DNA from: Minisyncoccota bacterium
Lineage (GTDB): Bacteria > Patescibacteriota > Minisyncoccia > Phycocordibacterales > SW-6-46-9
Direction of reading: 5' to 3'
Assembly (NCBI GenBank): GCA_040905385.1
Contig: JBBDRP010000002.1
Location: 395,526-459,525 of the forward strand
DNA: 64,000 nucleotides
Numbering within the stretch: the first letter of the stretch is position 1; the number at the start of each line of letters is the position of its first letter. A program made the position numbers and the translations under genes. The notes beneath the pieces are model-generated. The model had not been told where the DNA came from. It made no database searches and saw only the letters and a list, made by a program, of their open reading frames with translations. Positions 48,773 through 57,784 of the stretch are shown in pieces.

Positions 48773-51049
48773 TTAACTTTCAACTGTATCCATCGCCTCA
48801 CTAAAATTAAGCGACAGGAGGCGGGAACCTCCAGCCTGGTCCATAGTAACACCATAAAGAATATCGGCTCGAGACATGGTCTCACGATTATGAGTTACTA
48901 CCACAAGCTGTGAACGATTGGATAACTTTTCTATCATGTCACCAAACCGCTGTGAGTTAGACTCATCCAAAGCAGCATCCGCCTCGTCCAACACAATAAA
49001 TGGCGGCGGATTAATCTGCGACAGGGCGAACAGGAGCGCAATTGAGACTAGGGATCGCTCACCGCCAGATAGTACCCCCAATCCGCTCACTTTCTTGTTT
49101 GGTAGTCTGACACTGATATCAATACCACGCTCGGTCTCGTTAGGATCCTCGTCGATGTCTTCAACCCGAACATTTTTTCCTTTTGGATGCTCGGTAATGG
49201 ACAGCTGAGCATCGCCGCCACCGAACATAGTCGCAAAGAAGTCACCGAAGGCGGTATTAATCCTCTTTACTCCTCGGTCAAATTTTTGAGCGACGGTTTC
49301 TTCTATGTCCGAGATAAGCTCAAGCAGTGATTCTTTTGATGTACGCAAATCAGACATTTCTCCTTGGAGGAAATCGACATGCTCGGTGACGCGCTCGTAC
49401 TCGCGCAGAATCTCTGATTTGTCACTGACTCGAGTATTCTCAAGTTTGATCTTCAGTCGCTCTAGCTGACGATTAAATTCCCGATTTGATCGTTTGGTAC
49501 TGCCTTCGATTAGTTCTTCCTGGGTAACTTCTGTTCCGGCTGCATCTACGAGCGTTGTTGACCCAGTTTCAAGGGCTGCTGAACCGCACAGAATTTGTGC
49601 CTCGGCACGTTCATTATCCAGCTGCTCAATGGCATCAATAGTATCTTTATTCTGCTCTTCTGTTCTTTCAAGCTCTGCTGATGTATTTTCCAGCTGTGAT
49701 CGGAGTTGCAGAAGCTTTTTTTCGGCTTCGTGCTGTTGCCCTCTTTTCTGCTGCTGCTCCTTGTCTATTTTTTCACGTCGGGTCTGAAGCTCTGTTTTTT
49801 TCTCTTGTAAGGTCTGCTTCTTATCTTCTATATCGAGCTTTTGCTGCTGTAAGTTTTTAATCTGGTCGGCTTCATCATTGTCATTTTTAGTGTCTTTAGC
49901 CGTATCACTCGACTGCTGGATGTCTCCTAGAAATTCGCGTACTGCTGCTTGAAATTTAGCAAAAAGATCCAAACGACCCTGCTGGTCTTCAATGTTATCT
50001 GACTTGGTGATAAGGGTATCGAAATTTTCCTTGTGACGCCTAAGTGATGAGTTATCGATTCTGATGTCTGGATCATTCACGTTCCTTCCAATCTCTTGCT
50101 GTCGCTGAAGTGCTTGCAGCTGACCATGTATCTCACCCAGCTTCTGTGTGACGTGTGAAAGTTTCTTCTCTGTATCTTCAAGATGCGATTTAATTTGTGA
50201 TATCTCATCAACTACAGACGTATCTAAAATTTCCTCTTTTGAATGTAGTATCTTTTCCTTATCAGCAATCTCGTCTTTAAGACTTGATAAATTTTCTACC
50301 AAACGTTTCTTTTTTTCTCTAAGCTGCTGACTTTGAGCGTCTAGAAGTAGAGATTCACGTTTAAAAAACTGCTGGTATTTTTTTGTTAGTTGCTGGCGAA
50401 GCTTCTTTGTCTCGTCAATGCGTTTCTTTTGTCGAGTGAGAAATGAAACTTCCGGCTGAAGATCACGCAGTCGCTCCTTTACCTGTGTCAGATTATCCTC
50501 GGTCTTTTCTAGTTTATGCAGAGCATCTCGGCGCTGCTGGTAAAAGCGTCGTAGACCAAGCGCATCCTCGATCACACCCTTTCGTTCACGTTCTGAAATA
50601 TTTAAAATCCGGTCAGCCTCACCCTGAGAGATAATGTGGTGTCGAGAGGTTCCAATGTTAGCATCTGAAAGAAGATCTGCTACATCTTTTAGCCGCACCC
50701 GACTACCGTTGATTCGATACTCACTCGCATCACCACGCTGAATAATACGTTCGATCACAACTTCCGAGTACTCGATATCAAGTTGCTTATTACTATTATC
50801 AAAGACTGCCTTCACACTAGCTCGATTGGCACGACTTCCTTCGTGACCACCGTTGTAAAGAAGCTCATCACTATGCCGGGCACGTAAAGCCTTTAGAGAC
50901 TGCTCACCCAGCACAAAGCGAAATGCCTCGGCAGTATTTGATTTTCCTGATCCATTTGGACCAACAATTACGGATATCGGGGCGTCAAAAACGAGCGTAC
51001 TATTTCTACGAAAGGATTTAAATCCGTTTATTTCTAACGATTTAAGCAT
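48773..51049 (-). CDS. smc: short SMC-family ATPase (758 aa)
   Basis: GFKSF, GPNGSGKSN, Q-loop ISQGE, LSGGE, LDEADAALD, VTHN. Confidence 0.9.
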   Translation of the reverse strand: MLKSLEINGFKSFRRNSTLVFDAPISVIVGPNGSGKSNTAEAFRFVLGEQSLKALRARHSDELLYNGGHEGSRANRASVKAVFDNSNKQLDIEYSEVVIERIIQRGDASEYRINGSRVRLKDVADLLSDANIGTSRHHIISQGEADRILNISERERKGVIEDALGLRRFYQQRRDALHKLEKTEDNLTQVKERLRDLQPEVSFLTRQKKRIDETKKLRQQLTKKYQQFFKRESLLLDAQSQQLREKKKRLVENLSSLKDEIADKEKILHSKEEILDTSVVDEISQIKSHLEDTEKKLSHVTQKLGEIHGQLQALQRQQEIGRNVNDPDIRIDNSSLRRHKENFDTLITKSDNIEDQQGRLDLFAKFQAAVREFLGDIQQSSDTAKDTKNDNDEADQIKNLQQQKLDIEDKKQTLQEKKTELQTRREKIDKEQQQKRGQQHEAEKKLLQLRSQLENTSAELERTEEQNKDTIDAIEQLDNERAEAQILCGSAALETGSTTLVDAAGTEVTQEELIEGSTKRSNREFNRQLERLKIKLENTRVSDKSEILREYERVTEHVDFLQGEMSDLRTSKESLLELISDIEETVAQKFDRGVKRINTAFGDFFATMFGGGDAQLSITEHPKGKNVRVEDIDEDPNETERGIDISVRLPNKKVSGLGVLSGGERSLVSIALLFALSQINPPPFIVLDEADAALDESNSQRFGDMIEKLSNRSQLVVVTHNRETMSRADILYGVTMDQAGGSRLLSLNFSEAMDTVES

Positions 51050-51111
51050 TATGTATATATGGAAATACCCCTTTTACGTAGATAAATTATAGCATGTAGC
51101 TGTGAATAGAC

Positions 51112-51810
51112 TTACTCCCAGCCTTTTTCCGACAAGGCTGCTTCAGCCGCCATGCTCTCGGCCTCCTGCTTACTTTTTCCTTTACCAGTAGCAATCTGAT
51201 TCTCTTCAAGAAAAACCCCGACAGTAAAGACCTTGTCATGATCCGGTCCATACTCGTCAATAATTTCGTATGTAGGAGTGATTGATTTATGCTTCTGCGC
51301 CTCCTCCTGAAATACGCTTTTAGCATCACGCCAGCTTTCATTATCAATAATATCACCAACCTCACTTAGCAGCGTCTCGCTGATAAAGTGAGCCGCCGTT
51401 TCATACCCCTGATCCAGATAAATGGCACCAATAATCGCTTCATACGTATTGGCAAGTATAAAACGCCGGCCTCGGCCAGTATCTTTAGCTTCCCCTTTTG
51501 AAAGCCATAGAAATTCTTCTGCACCGATTTTTTTTGCCGCTGCTGATATTGAGAGTGTATTGACCAAAGCTGCACGAATTGCGGTTAACTCCCCTTCAGG
51601 ACGATCTGGATACGCAGAAAACAGGTGGTCAGTTACCACCAGCTCCAGCACCGCATCACCAAGAAACTCAAGCCGTTCATTGTGTTTAATAGATTTATCC
51701 GGATGCTCGTTTATGTACGAACGATGGGTAAAGGCTCGCTGCAGTAGACTCTTATCATCAAAATGAATATCAAGTCGGTCTTCAAATTTTTCAAGATTAT
51801 TTCCATTCAT
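51112..51810 (-). CDS. rnc: ribonuclease III
   Basis: HNERLEFLGDAVL; dsRBD. Confidence 0.97.
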   Translation of the reverse strand: MNGNNLEKFEDRLDIHFDDKSLLQRAFTHRSYINEHPDKSIKHNERLEFLGDAVLELVVTDHLFSAYPDRPEGELTAIRAALVNTLSISAAAKKIGAEEFLWLSKGEAKDTGRGRRFILANTYEAIIGAIYLDQGYETAAHFISETLLSEVGDIIDNESWRDAKSVFQEEAQKHKSITPTYEIIDEYGPDHDKVFTVGVFLEENQIATGKGKSKQEAESMAAEAALSEKGWE

Positions 51811-51816
51811 ATAAAT

Positions 51817-52734
51817 TTAGTCGTCTATTTCGAGGTCAAGGTCAAGTAAGTACTCAACAGCGTCAGTTACGATCGGCATAATATCGTCGTAAAAATTAAG
51901 ATCCACAATCTCTGTAAGCGGAAACCACTTAGCATCGTCAAGACCACCTTTATCCTTAGGAAGCTGTAGCTTTCCGTAGTCTGCCGAGGCCAGATAGTAG
52001 GTCACCTGTTTGCGGATCTTGCCTTTGTCCGGATCAGCGGCAACGTACTCATTTTCACCTAGTTTATTTTCCAGCGTTATTTCTAAACCAATTTCTTCCT
52101 CAACCTTGCGCTGAATCTCCTCTCTTGTGTCTTCACTATCAAGGTGTCCTTTTGACAGCGTCCAGTGTCCAAAAACGTCATGCACAAGCGCAAGTTCGAT
52201 GTTACCGTTGTTTTCAGCGTAGACCACTGCCCCACCCAGCCGCTCGATTGGCATTTCTTCGTACGGAATATCCTTGATATTACTGGCCGAGCTTTGATCC
52301 TTTTCTGGCTCCCCGATTTCCTTGTAAACAGCCCCGATTACGCCGTTCACAAAGGAACCACTAGCATCACCTCCGTACCCCTTCGCCAGCTCAATTGCCT
52401 CATTAATAGCAACTTTTGGTGGAACATCTTCACGGTCTGCATACAGTAGTTCAAACAGGCCAATACGCAGAATATTACGATCAACCGTCGTAATTTTTTC
52501 CAGTGGCCAGTGTGGTGCCGCTGATGAAATAACTTCATTAAGATCTTCGAGATGCTCAACAACACCATTGAGAAGTTCGTATATATATGAGTAGTCCTCA
52601 AGACCAGGTGCAAACTCGTAAGCATTGCGCTCTAGTGCGGATAATAGCTCGGGCTGCGTATATGACTGGCCGCGAAAATCCCACTCGAAGAGCGTTTGCA
52701 TTACTACTGAGCGTGAGACATGTCGATTTGCCAT
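51817..52734 (-). CDS. nusB: NusB fused to a C-terminal NUDIX-like domain
   Basis: VDRNILRIG, VAINEAIELAK, FVNGV; then WTLSKGHLD...RKVEEEIG. Confidence 0.88.
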   Translation of the reverse strand: MANRHVSRSVVMQTLFEWDFRGQSYTQPELLSALERNAYEFAPGLEDYSYIYELLNGVVEHLEDLNEVISSAAPHWPLEKITTVDRNILRIGLFELLYADREDVPPKVAINEAIELAKGYGGDASGSFVNGVIGAVYKEIGEPEKDQSSASNIKDIPYEEMPIERLGGAVVYAENNGNIELALVHDVFGHWTLSKGHLDSEDTREEIQRKVEEEIGLEITLENKLGENEYVAADPDKGKIRKQVTYYLASADYGKLQLPKDKGGLDDAKWFPLTEIVDLNFYDDIMPIVTDAVEYLLDLDLEIDD

Positions 52735-52768
52735 TTGTTAATGAAATAAAATTAAACAGACAACCTTA

Positions 52769-53062
52769 CTAGTTGTTGCCTGCCTTGAGTTCTTGGTTTG
52801 TTTCTACTGAATCAGCGTTGATAGTCTCTGGATCATCACCACGGCTGCGGGCCTTTTCTCGGGCTCGCTCAAGTTGCTTCTGGCGCTTGGAGCGAACATC
52901 AATCACCTCACGGCCGCGATACGTACCGGTCTGGAGACTGGCTCGGTGACGCAGGTGATACACACCATCCTCCTTTGACAAGCGTTGCTCATCAAGCGAA
53001 TGATGCGAACGACGGTTACCCGTCTGCCCTTTGGTTTTTCTCATACGAGAAGACATGTGCAT
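52769..53062 (-). CDS. rpmF: 50S ribosomal protein L32 (cysteine-free form)
   Basis: RRSHH, HLRHRA, GTYRGREV; rpmF-nusB-rnc-smc order. Confidence 0.88.
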   Translation of the reverse strand: MHMSSRMRKTKGQTGNRRSHHSLDEQRLSKEDGVYHLRHRASLQTGTYRGREVIDVRSKRQKQLERAREKARSRGDDPETINADSVETNQELKAGNN

Positions 53063-53117
53063 ACGAGTATACGAAACTTTGCCCTAAATAGCAAGTAGTT
53101 TTACACATTTTGATAAG

Positions 53118-53149
53118 AAAAAAGACCAAGCTGATTTGCTTGGTCTTTT
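53118..53149 (-). terminator. intrinsic terminator of 53160-53783
   Basis: AAAGACCAAGC..GCTTGGTCTTTT. Confidence 0.75.
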
Positions 53150-53159
53150 CGACAGTTGA

Positions 53160-53783
53160 TTAAACAGCCGTCGCTGAAACTTTGTTTTTCGAAATGATAT
53201 CATCTGTCATTAGACTAACTACACGCTGCGTTAAGGCAGTATCCAGATGTTGGATTACATCGATGGTTTTCATACCAAATCCGGAAGTTAATTCATCAAC
53301 TGATTCAATGAATATCTGTGAAAGTCTTTCGTTGGTGGGATTATTTTCCTTCCAACTGAATTTCTTTGACTCAGTACATCTATTTATCTCAGACTTGATT
53401 CGACTCAAATGAAAGTGAATTTGTTTGATTTGTATCTCAGTGCAATTTTCTGGCAGATAACTACGTCGCTTCTGTAGAGAACCAAGTTGCTTGATTGCAC
53501 TCGAAGAAAAAACATTTTCTGGATAAATTAAAACTTGCTTACCCTCTCCATTTAATCCACTTCTATACTTATCTGATTGAATCACCAGAAGATCTGAAGG
53601 TAGTAATCTGACCTCGAAGTCGATTATTTCAGGCATGCGAAATTTCTTGTGACACAAATATTGGTTTATCAGCCCAGCACCGCAAATATAACTTATAAGA
53701 TGGTAATTGTTTATTTCAAACATCCGTGCAGAGATAATAATATCTGCTGCGGTGGGGTTATACTTCATACGAAGCTTGTTCAT
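53160..53783 (-). CDS. orphan soluble protein
   Basis: AT-rich; SD AAGGAG; TTGACA-N17-TACCAT promoter. Confidence 0.65.
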   Translation of the reverse strand: MNKLRMKYNPTAADIIISARMFEINNYHLISYICGAGLINQYLCHKKFRMPEIIDFEVRLLPSDLLVIQSDKYRSGLNGEGKQVLIYPENVFSSSAIKQLGSLQKRRSYLPENCTEIQIKQIHFHLSRIKSEINRCTESKKFSWKENNPTNERLSQIFIESVDELTSGFGMKTIDVIQHLDTALTQRVVSLMTDDIISKNKVSATAV

Positions 53784-53861
53784 ATATTTTACTCCTTTTG
53801 TTTTGTTAAATAACTAGTTCGCGAGCAATGGTAATACTAATTGAATGGTATGTCAACTAGC

Positions 53862-53919
53862 TATTTTTTATACGATATTCGTAATGTAAGTATTTTTTAT
53901 ACGATATTCGTAATGTAAG
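53862..53919. repeat. exact 29-bp tandem duplication spanning the rnhB stop
   Basis: TATTTTTTATACGATATTCGTAATGTAAG x2. Confidence 0.95.
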
Positions 53920-54493
53920 AACGTCGGTGGATTGGTGAAGGTCCATGTGTTTGTATCGCCTCACAATGAGCTTCTGTACCGTAACCCTTGTGCTGGGCAA
54001 GCTTAAACGTCGGATACATGACATCAAGTCGACGCATATGATTATCTCTGGACACCTTGGCAATCACGGAGGCCAGCGAAATAATCGGCTGAATACCATC
54101 ACCTCCAATGATCGTTTTCTGGTGCTTGAATTTATCTGGCGCCTGTAATCCCCCATCCAGATAAATCTTTACGTTATCAGGATTAGGTACTAACCTCTCC
54201 AGTCCGCTATCTATTGCGTTCTGGACAGCTTGCTGAATACCGTCAGAATCAATTTCCGTAGCACTAGTATGGCTAGTAGTCCATCTTATACCGGGTGATG
54301 CTTCCTCCATTTTCCTCAGTATCGTATAAACCTTCTCGCGCCTACGTTCGGTCATCTTCTTGGAGTCATCGAGATGCGGAAAAATGCCAAAATCAAAGTC
54401 TATCGGTGCAGCCACAAGACCAACATAAACCGGACCAGCCAGTGGTCCGCGGCCAGCCTCATCGATGCCAATATGAAGTGTCGGTTTTTTCAT
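53897..54493 (-). CDS. rnhB: ribonuclease HII
   Basis: GIDEAGRGPLAGPV, DSKK, HKGYGT, HRRSY. Confidence 0.95.
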   Translation of the reverse strand: MKKPTLHIGIDEAGRGPLAGPVYVGLVAAPIDFDFGIFPHLDDSKKMTERRREKVYTILRKMEEASPGIRWTTSHTSATEIDSDGIQQAVQNAIDSGLERLVPNPDNVKIYLDGGLQAPDKFKHQKTIIGGDGIQPIISLASVIAKVSRDNHMRRLDVMYPTFKLAQHKGYGTEAHCEAIQTHGPSPIHRRSYITNIV

Positions 54494-54567
54494 ACACCTT
54501 ATAGTACCGCATGAATGCCGACACAGATCTCTTGTATAATGGTCATGCAATAAGCCGCCGCAACCTT

Positions 54568-57500
54568 ATGTCTCAAATTACCCATTTACATACACACAGC
54601 CACTACAGCCTGCTGTCGGCACTGCCAAAGATTCCGGAGCTGGTTGAACGAGCCGGGAAGCATAACCTATCGGCCTTAGCCCTTACCGATAGCAATAACC
54701 TGTACGGCGCGATTGAGTTTTATAAAGCCTGCCAGGCAGCAGATATTAAGCCCATTATTGGGGCTGAGATGTATGTTGCTCCACGCACTCGCCACGACAA
54801 ACAGGCCGGTGTCGACAAGGCTCGTGATCGTGTGATCCTTTTGGTAAAGAATGAGGTCGGGTACAAAAACCTCATACGTCTTGTAACCGATGCTAACCTT
54901 GAAGGTTTCTACTACACACCACGAATCGATACCGAACTGATGAAGAAACACCAGGAAGGACTCATTGCTATTCTGCCGGCACAAAATTCCGAGGTTACTG
55001 ATGCCTTGAAGGCAGATGATACTCAACGAGCTATCGACGCGATTGAAAAGTATCGAGGTGTGTACGGTCCAGAGAATACCTATCTCGAAATTACGCGGCA
55101 TCCAGAGATACCTGGATACGATGACGCCACCGAAAAGATTGTTCCACTTGCCAAGAAAACTGATACACCACTAGTGGCCGGACATGACATCTTTTATCTG
55201 GATCCAGATGATCATCAGGCCTGCCAAACACTACGAGATGTACAGTCGGCTGGAGGTGACTTCATGGCCGAGGGTGGTGATTTTTCCTTTCTGTCGCCAA
55301 AGGAAATGAAAAAGCGCTTCAAGGATCTTCCCGAGGCGCTGGACAATATCGATAAAATTGTCGCGGCCTGCAATCTAGAACTCGAACTCGGAAACTGGGT
55401 ATTCCCTGACATAGAAACAACCGGCGGACGCTCGTATGATGAGGAATTAAAGACCCTGGTCTATGACGGTATTCCCTGGCGAGAGCTAGAGAAGACCGAC
55501 AAACTTGTCGAACGAATTGAGTATGAGCTCGGTATCATTCGCAACAAAGGTTACTCCTCTTACTTTCTTGTGGTGGCTGACCTTCTCGCCTATGCCCGAG
55601 AAAACGACATTCTGACGACAATTCGTGGTTCGGTGGCGGGATCACTTGTTACCTACCTGGCCGGTATTACCAACCTGAACCCACTTGATTACGGTCTGCA
55701 GTTTGAGCGATTCCTGAATCCAGACCGACCGAGTGCACCGGATATTGATATGGACTTTGCTGACAACCGCCGAGACGAGGTAATTCAGTATGCTCGTAGA
55801 AAGTACGGTACAGACACTGAGGAACGCGTCGCCCAGATTGGTACTTTTGGAACCATGGCGGCTCGTGGATCGATTCGTGATGTCACTCGCGCCCTTGGTT
55901 ACAACTACAGTCTCGGTGATGATATCGCCAAGAAAATCCCCCTCGGGAGCCAGGGATTCAAGATGACCATCGAGCGGGCGCTAGATGAGTCTGATGATCT
56001 CGCCGAGATGTATAAAGATGATCCAAAGGTGAGAGAAATTGTCGACATGGCGCAAAAGGTTGAGGGTTGTGCCCGGCACATATCCGTCCATGCTGCTGGT
56101 GTGGTAATCGCCCCCGAGGAGATCACGAACTATGTCCCACTTGAGGTGGATAGTAAAAAAGGTGAGGTCATCACCCAGTATGACATGCACTCTGTTGAAG
56201 ACGCTGGACTGGTAAAGTTCGACTTTCTGGGCCTGAAAAACCTGGCCATCCTCTCTGACGCTATTCATCGAGTCGAGGATCGCACCGGCGAAAGGATCGA
56301 TATCGAGAAGATTCCGCTTGATGATGAGAACACCTTCGAGATGCTTGGTGAGGGTCATACCCATAGCACCTTTCAGCTGAATGGTGAAGGAATGACACAG
56401 TTTCTGCAGAAACTAAAGCCTACCAATATCAATGACATTAATGCGATGGTAGCGCTGTATCGACCGGGGCCGATGAAGTTTATCCCGGAGTACATCAAGC
56501 GCAAGCACAATCCTGAGCTCGTTGATTACCCCCACGAGGATCTCAAGGAGTTTTTGGAGCAGTCATACGGGCTGCTGATTTATCAGGAGGACGTTATGCT
56601 TACCGCTATTCACCTGGCCGGCTACTCCTGGCTTGATGCGGACAAGTTCCGTAAAGCAATGGGTAAGAAAATTCCCGAGCTGATGGCCAAGCAGGAGCAA
56701 AAGTTCAAGGAGGGATGTGTAAAAAATGGTATTAAGGACTCATTGGCAGATAATCTCTGGGAGCGTATCAAGCCCTTTGCTGCCTACGCCTTTAATAAGG
56801 CTCATGCTGCCTCCTACGGACGTGTGGCGTACCAAACAGCCTACATGAAGGCTAACTACCCCAAGGAGTACATGGCCGCAGTCCTAACCGCTGATGCTGG
56901 AAATGTCGAAAAGATTCATGACATCATCGGTGAGTGTGAGCGCATGGGTTTGGATGTGCTTCCACCAGATATCAATGAATCCTTTGGTACCTTCACGATT
57001 GTGGATGAAGGTGATCACGAGGCAATTCGTTTCGGACTCTTTAGTGTCAAGCATGTGGGCGAAAAGATTACGCAGACGATTATAGATGAGCGAGAAAAAC
57101 ACGGTAAGTTCTCCTCGCTTGAGGATCTCCTGACCCGTATCACCGGACGAAACTTCAATAAAAAGACCCTTGAAGCGCTGATTAAGTGTGGGGCTCTAGA
57201 CTCACTCGGTAAGCGGTATCACATGCTGGCTCATATTGATGAAATCCTGACCTTCTCCAAGGAGGCGGATTCGCGATCAAAGGATCAGCAGTCACTCTTT
57301 GGTGCTGCAGCGATCGAAGCGCAGCCGAAGTTGCGACTGAGTCGTGGTGAACCACACACCAAGGAAACCAAGCTGGCCTGGGAAAAGGATCTACTGGGTC
57401 TATATGTCTCGGGTCACCCACTGGATAAAATCCGCGAGAAGCTCGAGAAGCGAGAGAAGGATATCGCCTTTATTAAGAAGTATCATAAAAAGATGCCCAA

Positions 57501-57738
57501 GGTTGTTATCCCTGGGTTACTGGAAAGCATCAACGTTATCCGCACCAAAAAAGGTGACGAAATGGCCTTTGTTCGTGTGGCTGATTTATCCGACTCTATC
57601 GAGATTGTAGTTTTCCCGGATGCATTTGAAAAGTACAAAGACTCACTCGTGTCTGACTCCTGTGTGGTTGTGGAGGGAAAGATTTCAAATCGAAACAATG
57701 AGGTCAGTGTGATCCTTGATCGAATTAAGATTCTATAG
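54568..57738 (+). CDS. dnaE: DNA polymerase III alpha subunit
   Basis: PHP HLHTHSHYS, PDIDMDF, KFDFLGL, FNKAHA, OB fold. Confidence 0.97.
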   Translation: MSQITHLHTHSHYSLLSALPKIPELVERAGKHNLSALALTDSNNLYGAIEFYKACQAADIKPIIGAEMYVAPRTRHDKQAGVDKARDRVILLVKNEVGYKNLIRLVTDANLEGFYYTPRIDTELMKKHQEGLIAILPAQNSEVTDALKADDTQRAIDAIEKYRGVYGPENTYLEITRHPEIPGYDDATEKIVPLAKKTDTPLVAGHDIFYLDPDDHQACQTLRDVQSAGGDFMAEGGDFSFLSPKEMKKRFKDLPEALDNIDKIVAACNLELELGNWVFPDIETTGGRSYDEELKTLVYDGIPWRELEKTDKLVERIEYELGIIRNKGYSSYFLVVADLLAYARENDILTTIRGSVAGSLVTYLAGITNLNPLDYGLQFERFLNPDRPSAPDIDMDFADNRRDEVIQYARRKYGTDTEERVAQIGTFGTMAARGSIRDVTRALGYNYSLGDDIAKKIPLGSQGFKMTIERALDESDDLAEMYKDDPKVREIVDMAQKVEGCARHISVHAAGVVIAPEEITNYVPLEVDSKKGEVITQYDMHSVEDAGLVKFDFLGLKNLAILSDAIHRVEDRTGERIDIEKIPLDDENTFEMLGEGHTHSTFQLNGEGMTQFLQKLKPTNINDINAMVALYRPGPMKFIPEYIKRKHNPELVDYPHEDLKEFLEQSYGLLIYQEDVMLTAIHLAGYSWLDADKFRKAMGKKIPELMAKQEQKFKEGCVKNGIKDSLADNLWERIKPFAAYAFNKAHAASYGRVAYQTAYMKANYPKEYMAAVLTADAGNVEKIHDIIGECERMGLDVLPPDINESFGTFTIVDEGDHEAIRFGLFSVKHVGEKITQTIIDEREKHGKFSSLEDLLTRITGRNFNKKTLEALIKCGALDSLGKRYHMLAHIDEILTFSKEADSRSKDQQSLFGAAAIEAQPKLRLSRGEPHTKETKLAWEKDLLGLYVSGHPLDKIREKLEKREKDIAFIKKYHKKMPKVVIPGLLESINVIRTKKGDEMAFVRVADLSDSIEIVVFPDAFEKYKDSLVSDSCVVVEGKISNRNNEVSVILDRIKIL

Positions 57739-57784
57739 TATTCGTGTTGTACATGTGCAGCATATAAGCTACAATTTTTAATAT

